64,000 nucleotides of DNA from positions 1-64,000 of the forward strand of contig CAJFCJ010000007.1 of NCBI GenBank assembly GCA_904063045.1. The letters are read 5' to 3'. This stretch comes from Dimorphilus gyrociliatus. Taxonomy: Eukaryota; Animalia; Annelida. The position numbers and the translations under genes were made by a program. Below are positions 52,193 through 64,000 of this stretch, one piece after another (positions within the stretch are counted from its first letter, which is position 1; each line of letters begins with the position of its first letter). A model generated the notes under the pieces. The model searched no databases. It was not told where the DNA came from and worked only from the letters and a program-made list of their open reading frames with translations.

Positions 52193-53418
52193 AGAGAGAG
52201 GGAGAGAGTACTCAACAATTCAATAAACTCATAAATATGCTCTTGAATAGAAACGTGTTACTCCTTATCATATAATATATATATATACTAACATTTTATA
52301 ATTATTCAACATTCAATATTTTGTATGTTATTTATATTATGACTTTTTACTGTATTACTATATATAACTTTATTAAAAGTTTGAAATATAATTCTACTAT
52401 ATGTTTATATTTTATCCATTCATTAAAAATTAAGTGATTTTTTGTGTAAATTAGGTAAGTGTTAAGTTAATTTGATTTTTCTTCGATTTACATTTAAATA
52501 TTAATTGCTTTTTCCTATTTTTTATAATGAATACCCTTGCTGTTCGCCATATTTCACTTAATTAAAATATTTCGCCTTTGTCGCCTTTCTTACTTTTTAG
52601 ATAGAAATATATTGTAATTATACTTATTTACTAACATATTAATACTTGGTAGAAAATTAAGAATATCCCACATAAGACAGATAGCAAACAGAACACTTTG
52701 ACTTTTTAAATCTATCTTTACCTAATAGATGGTACTACTGTTCTCTTAATGAGCCAATGTTTGGTATTAGTAAAGATTAAAAAATATATAACTACCATTT
52801 AGAAAAGTACTGTTTAGGCAAAATAGACTGAATTTAAATGTGCACTAAAACTTAACCAAATACTATTACCAGGTAATCACTAAACCTTAAATCTACATCT
52901 GACTTGATATTTTGAAAAACTACAATATATACAGTATATATAGATATAAACTGTCTCTCTCTTTTAAAAAAACCGCTAATTAACTTGGAAAGTAATTTAG
53001 ACAAAAGATAAAAAAACCAGGGAATTTGAAGTAAATAATACAAAATTTCAATACAAAACACAGGAAAAATAGATTTATACATTAATTTCCTGAATTTCTA
53101 AAGAGAGATAGACAGATAGATAGACAAAGAGTAAGAATAGTAAAACTCTAAAAAGAAAAAAGATTTGCCCAGTAAAAAGAAATATTTGCAAAATATAAAA
53201 AGAAAGATTTTAGATAATGTTAAACATTTTATTACACACAAAAAATAGTATAAAAAAGGTAATACCGCAGGTAAAACACTTTGGATGCCAAATCTTTCCT
53301 GCAGCCTTTTTCTGTTCATTAAAGTAAACGGTACCATTGCACCTGGCGCATGACAGGGCGCCGTTCCTAACAATACGATCCACCTTTTTCGATACTGGAT
53401 CACAGACGTAGGAAAAAC
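50714..53418 (-). CDS. CRP/muscle-LIM-protein family, two LIM domains (exons 53266-53418, 51259-51492, 51015-51137, 50714-50922; 5' exon not located)
   Basis: Phase-1 splicing yields LIM-A CARCNGTVYFNEQKKAAGKIWHPKCFTCAACDKVL..DIFCSSCH and LIM-B CSACGKPVFHAEMLQAGNRNWHRMCYKCADCNRLL..LFCVKCY. LIM-B is followed by the CRP Gly-rich motif KYGPRVYGYIGSGA. Confidence 0.85.
52161..52208. repeat. (GA)n microsatellite inside the large LIM-gene intron
   Basis: gagagagaga... run with a G tract. Confidence 0.8.
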
Positions 53419-55539
53419 CTTTAAATGATAAAAAAAAGAGAAAAAAGCAATTATATTTATAAATATAAGATACAAAATATAAATACTTGAAAAAGCTTCT
53501 ATTTACAAGATTTTAGTTTAATAGTTTTTTATCAATTAGTATTGCCAATACATTCAACAAAAATTATAATTTCTTTGCTGCTGTAGGCTTGGTTAAACTG
53601 TAATTAGTACAGTGCTGAAAAAATTTTTTTTTCAGACATATGGACTGGCAATCAATACTATTTTAACTGTTTATTCCACAAACGTTCGTTGAACGGCGTA
53701 TAATATAGTCCTATAGAACAGCTGACACTTTTTTTTTCAAAATATATACCACAATATTCACATACATGCATCATTATGAGAAGGTATAAAAAAAGTTATA
53801 TATATAGAGTATACTGTTTTGTATACTATAGTTTTTATATGCTTAATATTCATACATATATGCAGTATATACAGTATATATATATATATATATATATATA
53901 TTACCTATTTAACTCGCTACCTTAGCTGTTTATAATAGTAGAAAATGGCATGCTTTTTTTATACCTTTTTGTCCAAATGATAAGATTCCCATTTGATGCA
54001 AATTTTTACAGAAGCTATAGATTATTTACGGCAATTTTTGTATGATTTGCACTGCTAAAGTTGATTGAAAAATGACTAACTGAATCCCTTCTTCTTGTTA
54101 TTATATATATATGTATTTATAATTTCCATTTAAAGCAAACAGCGCTAATTTTGTTAAAATCAATTAAAGATTGAAAAAGAATCAATAAAATTAGGAAAAA
54201 GCGTTTTAAAAATCTATATTTCAGTAATTTTTGACTAAAAAATACCAACCGAAAAGGCGTTGTATGGTTTAGATGCTAAATGTAAGCTTATATTGCAGGT
54301 CGATATTGTTCTATTGGCGCATTGATCGATTTAGAAAACGTGACTCGACCCGTTTTTGAATGATGATAGTTAGGTTTAAAAGCGATAGATGGAGTATTAA
54401 TTATTGTATTGAAACTTTTTATTTTAATTAAATATTGACTTTTTTTTAAAAATAATGATTCCAAAAATTTCTCTTTTTAACGAATTTACCGAACAATTCG
54501 GTCTTTTTTTGTATTTATTTTTAAATATTTAACATTCTTACTTCACAATAAAATAAAACAGATTCTCTTAAAACTATAAATTTAACATGTATTAATCTAT
54601 TATTAGATTCAATCTATCGATTCGCTATAGAACAAAAGAAAATAGAGGAAATATATACAAATAGACAATTGATAACTTTTATCTTGAATGCTTGAATATA
54701 GTAGTATTCACTATATTTAGACTCTTGAATGAATTTTCATTGGAGAGAAATATTTAGAAATATAGATTAAAAAATGGAATAAGAATCTTTTAGCATGTAT
54801 TTTAAAGATGAAATATAAACAATTATTCATATTACTCAATGCTAAAATAAAGTATAGAATTTATATTAGTTTGGCTAAAATTAATGGTTTTATTGGCATT
54901 AAATTCGGATAAAAGGTGTGTGCATTTCCTTATAGTAAAAATACTTTAAATATATAGTTATTTCTCATTGATTTTGTTCAAGACTTAAGCTCTTTATTTG
55001 ATTTTATTGGAGAGAGTAATAACTTAAAAAATAAGAAAAAATTAATAAATGAACCATATGTTTAATACTAAACTGAATCATAATTTATCTTTTAAGAACC
55101 TAAACATTACATTGTGAAATGTAACATTTTTTTGTCTATATAAACTTTACATTAAGTCTTCTTTATCAATCGGATTTCTGTTTATTCTTTATTTAATTGC
55201 AAATTAAAGAATATTAGCTAAAATCCTGTTATATATGCTTTGGAGGTGAAGGTGAAGGTGATAGAAGAGGGGAATAAGAGTAAAAAAATGTAGGGTAGAC
55301 TATACACATATATACATACAGTATATTCAAAGAAATCTTTTTGTTTAATATTATTAAAGTCAACAGCTGACCTTGATGTTTTTATTCATCAATAAGATTT
55401 TTCATGCTTTTACTTGATATACAGAAACAAAAATTAATTTGAATTATTTAACATTCCGCTTTAAAAATCTATTTACTTATCTGAACCTTATCTTATTTAA
55501 ATACTGTTCATTTTCATTCTAAAATATATAAATATCAAA

Positions 55540-56496
55540 TTAATTTTTAACGTCTGCTACTCTTACCGATTTTAGGCAGATTCTCCTACAAAAATTTTCT
55601 ATATTCTTTCGAAATTTCTCTTGAAATATTAAATATACAAAACAATTCGACGAATTATTGATATATACAGAATATTTTAATATTAAATGCTTATTATTTC
55701 CAATTAATGATCCCCATAGTGGTATATAACATATAATAAAAATAATTGTTACTCCGAAAAGCATCATTGCTGATCTTAATTGTAATCTTGCTGAAGAATT
55801 TCCATTTTCATCGTTGTTAAATTGTTTTGTTCTTTTTATAATAATAAGAAAAATTGATGAATAAAAACAAATGACTACGAACATAATTGTACAAAAAAAA
55901 CACATAAGCAAATATTGCGTTAATAATCGTTGCCGTGTAGTGGGAGAAAAACACCTATAAATCAACACACCTTCATCTTCTATCCAACCGAAATTGAATT
56001 GATTGGCAGATACTGCACCACTTATTATACTAATTGTAAGATTTCCAATATTGATCAAATAGGCATGCTTCAATTTGAGAAGAAGAGGTTTTTTAACGGC
56101 AAACCATCTTTCCATTGCAATAGATGCAAAAGTCAAACATGAATAAGTTGTTGTCATATAAGTAAAACACATTGCAATTTTACAAAATACTGCATTATGA
56201 ATTATATCAATTTCCTTACATGTAGACAATGGTATTGTAAATATACAAGCTAATATATCAGCCAAAGCTAAAATCTTGATAAAAAAATTGGCAAGTGTTG
56301 TCATCTTACTTTTAAAGGGATAGAACAAAAGTATTATAAGATTTGTTGGTATGCCAATCAGAACTAATACGGCCATAAATGTAATAAAAGGAATATGCTG
56401 AGTTAATTCAAATACAGTCTGACTTGTATTTGAATATACCATATCCGGAAGGGTGGATTTACGGTGTAAATAACTGCTAACTGTGCTAGTGTACAT
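55540..56496 (-). CDS. Intronless divergent class-A GPCR, up to 318 aa (same family as the 38-46 kb cluster)
   Basis: GIPTN, AMERWFAVKKP, QLRSAMMLFGVT, CYIP, NNSSNCFVY. Confidence 0.85.
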   Translation of the reverse strand: MYTSTVSSYLHRKSTLPDMVYSNTSQTVFELTQHIPFITFMAVLVLIGIPTNLIILLFYPFKSKMTTLANFFIKILALADILACIFTIPLSTCKEIDIIHNAVFCKIAMCFTYMTTTYSCLTFASIAMERWFAVKKPLLLKLKHAYLINIGNLTISIISGAVSANQFNFGWIEDEGVLIYRCFSPTTRQRLLTQYLLMCFFCTIMFVVICFYSSIFLIIIKRTKQFNNDENGNSSARLQLRSAMMLFGVTIIFIICYIPLWGSLIGNNKHLILKYSVYINNSSNCFVYLIFQEKFRKNIENFCRRICLKSVRVADVKN

Positions 56497-56887
56497 TTAT
56501 ATATGTTTATTAGTACCGTTTAGACCTATATATTAATTTTTCTTTAATTAATATTTCGCAAAAGTATGCTTCTCTAGGCATTTTTTGTATTATTCTTGCA
56601 CAAATTAATCATGTTATCCCTTTATTAGAAATATCTTCATTGTTGAACCGATATATTTTAATAAATTGTTACATGTGTAACAATCTCATAATTGTATGTT
56701 CGCTATTGTGTAAGATAATAATATCGTATATATGTAATACTAATAGTAAAAGATGGAATAAGAAAAATGTCGTTTTTTCTGGAAATTTTAATTTTATTCT
56801 AACATAAGTCAAAATAGAAATGAATAGTGTTTTAAAGGATGTGATTTAGCTATACCCTTTAAGATATTTACTTTTAATCATTAATTT

Positions 56888-59800
56888 TTAGAAATGCTCG
56901 TTTAAATCTAAAAATTTCATTGACTTTTTGAAATTTTTCTCGAAAAGACTAAAGGAAAATATTTCTTTTTCGTCAACGTTCGCTTGAACATTATCCCTAA
57001 ACCAATCATCTATTTCTGAGAAATTTTCATTTGTCCATTCTTCATTAGCTTTTAAAGCGTTTTCAATTTCTTCGTAAACAATTTCGTCTCCTCCTTCTGC
57101 TGGACGACGAGTCATTTGATCTCTAACCTGTAAATAATTGTAAAAATTAACTCAATCATTTCTTATTAAAGAAACTTCTTAATACCTTTTGTATGGTAAA
57201 AGGCGTATGACAGTTTCTGGCTACAGCTAGCAAAACTGTTGCTCTATTTCCTCTGGGGCTACAAAAACAACAAACAACAATTAAGTTTATATATAAAGTA
57301 TATATATATATATATATGTTAATATTAATAATAGTAATAGTTCTTTGAAAAATTATCTTACAAATCTTCAACCCATAGTTCATCTATTCTCTCAAGAGTT
57401 CTGTTTCGTCCCCTTGTAGATGCAGATAAAGCGACTAATCTAGTTACTCTTTCCAAATCGGAATAGTATAAATCTTCCGATTTAATTATTCTATCCAAGT
57501 ATCTATTACAGAAAGGGTAAAAAATTAGTCATAGATTGTTGGCGGTTATCATGTTGTTTTCATTAAACAAGTCCTTACTCGTCCAACATGTTAACCTGTG
57601 TTTGGTCAGATACACAAGCTTGTGCTGCAACTAGGTCGTTAATTTCGTTATAGTTTAACTCATTAGTTTTTTTCTGTTGTTCTTCGAAAAAGAAGAAATT
57701 TTCTCTAATTTTATCTCCAGAAGATAGAGAAGTACAATAAGCAGTATATCGTTGGTTTGGAGCAATTCTATGGAATAGTTGATAGTTTAAGGTTATAATG
57801 AAAAAGTGAAAAGTTTAATTTTTACCTGTTTTCTTTTTGTTCTCTATAGATATTTACCAATTCATTAGCTTTATTAATACAATCTGAATTACCGAAAGAA
57901 CAAGCAGCAGAACTAACTATTTCTCTTGAAAAAGCTGTGAAATCATCTTCGTTTGGTTTGGGTTCAAATGTAAATTGATTGAACATTGTATCAACAATAG
58001 ATCTTGTATATTTTCCAATTTCTGCACTATCAAAGTCTGTAAATCTCTCATAGAGTCTACTTAAGCCGTTGATGGCCGAAACCCATGTCCCAGCAGTGTT
58101 CTCTTGCTTCAAGAATGTAGTGAAACTCAATGCCTCCACTTCTTTTCTGTATTTATTGCTTGTAAATGAAAAGGCATCGTCAAGAAGTTGAGCCCTGTAA
58201 ATACGGTCAACGGCATTGACGTCGCTTTTAAGTTTGTTTATCAATGCTGTCTCATCCTCGCTACCGTATTTAATTCTATAGTATCCGGTTGACAAAGAAT
58301 TCAAAGCAAACCAACTACCAAGACTTGATGGTGATGTATATTCATCCTCTTTTGTTCTAACCATGTGAACAGTTGTAAGGTTTCCTGCACCTGATGCATC
58401 ATTTGCAAGAGTGATGGGAATGTTCCATGTGTATGACGGAACAGGAAGATCTGGTTGCAAGTATCTCTGTTGATCGAATTTAAGAACATTTCCAGATCGG
58501 GTAACATTCAAAATTGGAATTCCACGCTGCAAAACCCACGAATCCATAATTTCTTTAACAGGGAATACTTCTCCATTTGGAAGAGTAACTCCATCTTCTT
58601 CAACAACAGTTTGAAAGGAATTCCACAAATTATCAGTAATTGCACTCTTGTAAGCGAAATCAGCAAGGTATTTCTGTTGATAAAAACGATATGATTAATG
58701 ATAAAATCATTTCATAATTTAAAACATAATCAATGATTTTCAATAAATTAAAAATAAAAAAATTCAGCCAGCTCTGCCCCGAGTGAGGATCGAACTCACG
58801 ACCTTGAGATTATGAGACTCACGCGCTGCCTACTGCGCCATCGAGGCTGGCTTGAAATTGTTTAAAAAGCAAATTTTTGCAATATCCGAAATGGAAAAGT
58901 AAAAATAAATCAAATATTTACAAGACACAATGCAAGCAAAGAACTTTTGTTTGCTAAGGAAAAGTAAAAAGTAAAAATACAAAAAAAGTTTAGCCAGCTC
59001 TGCCCCGAGTGAGGATCGAACTCACGACCTTGAGATTATGAGACTCACGCGCTGCCTACTGCGCCATCGAGGCTGGCCTTGTGAAATTGTTTCATAGAAT
59101 TCATTTTATTAACTGGCAAAAATTTTCATTTTTAGAAAACAAAATTAAAATAATTAAATGAACTAGAAAGGTAAATCAAACAATTTATAAAGAAAAATAA
59201 AAAAAGTTAGCCAGCTCTGCCCCGAGTGAGGATCGAACTCACGACCTTGAGATTATGAGACTCACGCGCTGCCTACTGCGCCATCGAGGCTGGCTTAAAA
59301 TTGATTGTTTAAAGAACAATTTTTTCGAAATTTCGGAAATGGAAAAGTATAAAATATAACGATTATATAAGCTTTAAAGAAAAAATTCGTTCATTAGAGA
59401 AAAAGCTATTGTTATCTAAAAAAAAAACAAAAATAAAAAATATAGCCAGCTCTGCCCCGAGTGAGGATCGAACTCACGACCTTGAGATTATGAGACTCAC
59501 GCGCTGCCTACTGCGCCATCGAGGCTGGCTTGAAGATCCATTAGTTATTTAGGGATTTTTGATAAATTTCATCAATACCTAATTAAAAAGGTACATTGAA
59601 ACTAACATAATTAATGCCCAGAAAAAACATTAGAAGGTAGTTATATAATAACTTGATGTTTATACTAAAGAAAAAGAAAAATAAAAAAATTTAGCCAGCT
59701 CTGCCCCGAGTGAGGATCGAACTCACGACCTTGAGATTATGAGACTCACGCGCTGCCTACTGCGCCATCGAGGCTGGCTGATTTTTAGTAGTAAAATAAC

Positions 59801-61561
59801 GATGATATTGGTATCGCCTAGGTTTTTATGATTGGTTAATCGTACTTGGTCATTCCAATATCGAATATCAAACTTATACTAAAATTTACTGAACAGTACC
59901 TTTAGTGACTTTTGGAATGTTGCTTTACCCAACATTTGCTCAAGCATTCTTAGCATTGCTCCTCCCTTTCTGTAAGTAAAGCCGGAGAAGCCACTTTGAG
60001 CTTGACTCGGCTTTTGAATATCAGGTCTTTGAACAGGTAAGGATAAGCTTGTTTCGTCTTGTTTTATAATAGAGAATTCATCACGAACCTTTTGGACAAG
60101 ACCCTATGGAAGAAAATTTAATATTAATATTATTATAACGTAATTACTATATAAACGCAGAATTTACAATATCCCAGTTGAGGACGGCTTCTAATGGTTG
60201 CCACTGAAAGAAGGCTGCAAATCCTTCGTTTAGCCAAGTGTCATCCCACCATTTACATGTTACCATATTACCAAACCACTGGTGAGCAATTTCGTGAGCA
60301 AGAACGAGAGCAACCCTGACTTTGTTTGCCATGACGCTATTTTCTGGATCATAGAGCAGTTCGTTTTCACCGTACTGAATTAAACCCCAATTTTCCATAG
60401 CACCTCCTCTAGATGGAACGGCCACGTGATCTTAAGTAATGTAACATATAAATTATTATAAGAATAGAAATAATATATATCGGAATTAGACAAACCCATT
60501 TTAGAGGTTTGATATTCGATTCCTGTGTATTCTTCGAACCAATCTTGAATTCTTCCTGCAGCTCCAGCAGAGAAATTTAAATATTTGGCTTTTTCCGGTT
60601 GAGCCCATAATCTTACCTATAAAATTATAAGGAATATACAATATTCTAATTTGTATGTAACTAGCTTACCAATTTTCCATTGGGACTTCTGGTTTCAACT
60701 TTCTCAAAATCAGATACTACAAGAGCGACTAAATAGCTGGACATATGAGGAGTTTCAGCAAATTCATCAGCAAACCAACCATCACCGAGATCTCTAGTTC
60801 TTTCTAATTCGCCATTTCCCAGGGCATGTCTTGTTCTTTTTCTTTCAACTGTAACTTTAAAAACAGCCTTAAATTCCGGTTCATCAAAACAAGGGAAGGC
60901 TTTTCTTGCATGATCGATTTGAAATTGACTGGCCACTAGGTACCGTCTAACCTCTCCAATATCGTAGTAATCAACGTACATGCCATTATTACTAGCAACC
61001 TGTAAAGGAATAATTATTGCTTAATAAAATCAAAAAATTTAATAAATAGTGCAATCTAGAGCTAACTCACCTCCATTTCGCCGTTAAAGATCAATAGCAT
61101 CCTATATTTTGCTCCTTCTGTTAATGTACCGTTTAAATTAACGACAACAGTTTGTTGTACATCGTTTTGAATAGGATTTGCCCATCCAGGAACATTAGCA
61201 CCGGGAATAGTATTTTCAGGAGCAAGGACTAGGAAAAAATTTCTCACATTTATCCTAAGCTGGTTCAAAACTATTTGGTTGGTTGTTGATGTAACATCGA
61301 AATCAATGATAACGGATCCACTAAAAGGAAATCCAGTACTTGGTGAATAGATATCTGGTCTGATCGTAAGAAAGTACTTGTATGGTCGGAGACTTTTTGG
61401 AAGTCTTATTGCTTCATTTTGTCCACTTACATTATTGAACAAGCAAATATCTAAATATAAATCAATTATAATAATAATTATTACTTTTTCTTCTAAGTTA
61501 AAATGTTCAAGTACTAACTTATTAATAATATCGTTAAACAAAGAAACATTTTAGGAATCAT
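56888..61561 (-). CDS. M1-family zinc aminopeptidase (aminopeptidase N-like), multi-exon
   Basis: Exons include 61519-61561 (or 61549), 61071-61450, 60670-60999, 60496-60616, 60168-60430, 59900-60103, 57826-58673 and smaller 3' exons down to 56888. Motifs: RLP, ASQFQ..ARKAFPCFDEP, GGAMENWGL, HEIAHQWFGN..WLNEGFA (HExxH-x18-E), YRKGGAMLRML. Confidence 0.93.
58775..58847 (-). tRNA. trnM: tRNA-Met (CAT), elongator type, copy 1
   Basis: Minus strand GCCTCGATGGCGCAGTAGGCAGCGCGTGAGTCTCATAATCTCAAGGTCGTGAGTTCGATCCTCACTCGGGGCA, 73 nt cloverleaf with CAT anticodon. G1:C72 and the TTCGA T-loop indicate elongator type. An oligo-T terminator lies downstream. Confidence 0.97.
59001..59073 (-). tRNA. trnM: tRNA-Met (CAT), copy 2
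   Basis: Identical to copy 1. Confidence 0.97.
59218..59290 (-). tRNA. trnM: tRNA-Met (CAT), copy 3
   Basis: Identical to copy 1. Confidence 0.97.
59453..59525 (-). tRNA. trnM: tRNA-Met (CAT), copy 4
   Basis: Identical to copy 1. Confidence 0.97.
59702..59774 (-). tRNA. trnM: tRNA-Met (CAT), copy 5
   Basis: Identical to copy 1. Confidence 0.97.
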
Positions 61562-62383
61562 CTTGGTTTCCTAATATTTTCTCATTTTATTATCCTATTT
61601 AAAGTTTTTTTTATCATGAGAATTAGCATATGTTAAAAAATTTACAGAAAAAATGACACGTCTACATATCTTTTGATCATTTTCTATTAATTAGTCCTAT
61701 AAATGTTATTATAATTTAGAAGAAAATGTGAAAAAGGGAAGAAGAAAGTCTAACTGATAAGAAATTTTGTTTAAACAATTAATTGCGCAAACCAATAATG
61801 ATTATATTCAAGTATTGTTTTATAGGTCGAACTATGATTTTATCAGTTAACAACATTTAATAGAAATGTTAGAACATTCTATCCTCTTAGTTTTAATTAG
61901 TCGCTTAAAATTTCTATTTAATGGAAATATAGATGAATTGATAATTCTTGATAAATAGTACAAAAGTTTACATACTAATTTGTGTTAAAATGTATATAGT
62001 TCACATGATACAACATAATAAAGCATATAAGATATTAATATAGATAATAAATTAGTTTGGAAAGAGATACTATCATGTGTAATTATTTGTTTATGATACA
62101 AATTTACTGATTACATTATTTTAATAGATTAATAGTTATTTTAAGGCGTTTAACATGCTGATTAAGTTAATGTTTTGATTTAAATTTAGAGTATATTGTA
62201 GCCTATTTCTCTTTCTTTTAAAAGATATTGTGTGCGTCAAATAACTTTTAATTGAATAAAGGTTATAATTGAAAGACGTTCAAGAACAGATGATTCACAA
62301 GTTTGTATTGGAAAGTGAATTATCGAGACAACATCCGTTAGTTTTTCTGCTATAAAAAATATAATAGTCATAGGCAGGAAGAG

Positions 62384-64000
62384 TTATTGGTCATATATAT
62401 CAAGAATTCTTTTAGCTATTCTTAATCCAGAGATCAGAGCTCCTTCAACCCATCCCCTTATTTCGGAAGTGTGCTCACCTCCAAACCATAAATTACCATT
62501 CATTGATAGAATTTGTTTTTGAATTACTTCTTGTCCAGGTTTAAATAAACCAAATGCTGATTTTTGATAAATTTCATTTTCCCAGACGTGTATTATGTAC
62601 TTGGTACAATATTTTGTAAAGGAATTTCCATGAATTTCTCTTAATTCCCTAAAGGATTTAACGATAAATTCTTTTTTATGAAAATTATCGTGATAGTAGA
62701 GCATTTTTACATAGAATTCAGTAGACAAACTATCCGAAGGATATACGACAAAAGTATGATTTTCTAAACGACTCAGACCACCAGTTATACCAATATCATG
62801 CCATATAGGATACCTACATTTAATAGCTATTCTTGCCTCTTTAACATACGATAAAGATCTTATTGGCTCGACTTGCTTTGAAAACTGTCTGTCGAAGTTA
62901 ATATATTTCGAAGCTGTTCCCGAAACAGTAACTATGACATGATCAGCTAGATATTCTATTCTTTGACAGCATATTGCGCTTTTAGACTGATTAGTAGTTA
63001 TTAAGAATTTGTTAAAAAACTTTCTAATTCCCAGAACATTAGACTCTAATTGAATTTCTTCAATAAGTTCTCTAGAGAGATATTTTACTAATTTATCATT
63101 ACCACCAATAATTTGATAGTATTTCATAGTTTTTCGCCGAAGTGCATAAGTTCTTAGATACTGAATTATGCTTCTATCTTCAAATGTGTTTAACCATATA
63201 AATTTTTTTAGATATTCAAAAGTTTCCCGATTAATTTTTCTTAAGAATATATCTTTTGTTGAATATCTATCATATATTTTAACAAATTTCCTCCAACCAA
63301 TCCTATTAATTTCGTTTAATAAAGGCTTTAAAATAAGTTTAACAATCTCTGCACTCTTCAAGAACTTATTTGAATATTCATTTCCGTGTTGGAGTATAGT
63401 GTCCAATTTTATAACTCTCTTATCAATATAAAAATAATTGTTATGATTATCTTGTCTTAACAGTCTTTTAGGTAGTTTTGTATGGTTTATTAGAATATTA
63501 ATTAATTTATGAGAAGTTGGAAATTGCCATGCTCCAAATTCAAAAGTACTATTCCAATATTTCTTCGAATAGATTCGACCACCAATTCTGTTTGATGCCT
63601 CCAGAATTTTCACCTTTAAATAGAAAGAAAATAATTACCTTGTCATCCAATTTAAGTAATTTTTTTCATAAATATTAATTATTATACCTTACAACCGTTC
63701 TTTTTTAGAGTCAGGGCGCTTATCAAGCCAGATATTCCTGCACCAACGATAATAATTTTTTTCCGGCAAACGTCATTAGATTGTTTATCCTTTAAAGTAC
63801 TCTTAAGAATTTCTTGCAACTCGCTATAGTGTTCATCTTCTTCAAGTTCAGTCATAACTGATTGGTATAAAATATCTTGAGCATTGAAATATTTTTCTTG
63901 ATTGAACGTTTTAACTGAAGTAAGAAAGCATTGAATAAAGATAAAGGATGGTATACTTTAGAATGTTATCTACCTTTGTAATAAATTAAACTACAAAGAA
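62384..64000 (-). CDS. Flavin amine oxidase / L-amino-acid-oxidase-like protein (5' end beyond window; exons 63974->64000, 63688-63914, 62384-63613)
   Basis: Spliced Rossmann motif [37 protein letters not shown]. LAAO-like N-terminal EEDEHYSELQEIL. C-terminal WFGGEHTSEIRGWVEGALISGLRIA. Confidence 0.88.

Noticed and set aside
53098-53475. 125-aa ORF in the track
   Set aside because: Wrong frame. The real coding part is the LIM exon 53266-53418 in another frame.
58766-59779. CRISPR-like pattern of identical repeats with unique spacers
   Set aside because: The repeats are complete tRNA-Met genes in a eukaryotic intron, with long AT-rich spacers and no cas genes.

Overview
Eukaryotic (animal) genomic DNA, very AT-rich, with mostly 50-70 nt GT-AG introns. 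This fits a miniaturised invertebrate genome such as a small annelid, but the taxon is inference only. The left 23.7 kb is one giant minus-strand gene for a secreted mosaic protein, roughly 5,500 aa or more by my estimate, whose 3' end runs off the window. Its order is: signal peptide, (SUEL lectin + 4 PAN)x2, SUEL, alternating PAN and C-type lectin modules, three EGF/VWD(GDPH)/C8/TIL blocks, a SUEL domain, then at least 13 near-identical 468-bp units. Each unit holds a 312-nt SUEL exon and a 30-nt Pro/Lys microexon. The architecture and strong positive charge resemble invertebrate adhesive/mucus proteins. Next comes an ADAR2-like gene with two dsRBDs but no deaminase domain, then about 12 kb with no recognisable gene. 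The right half holds a cluster of divergent intronless rhodopsin-type GPCRs (5 intact ORFs, 1 relic), an afadin-type PDZ-only gene, a CRP/MLP-type two-LIM gene, an M1 aminopeptidase with five identical tRNA-Met(CAT) genes in one intron, and an L-amino-acid-oxidase-like flavoenzyme cut by the right edge. Exon models were built by hand from splice signals and reading frame, and no database search was run.
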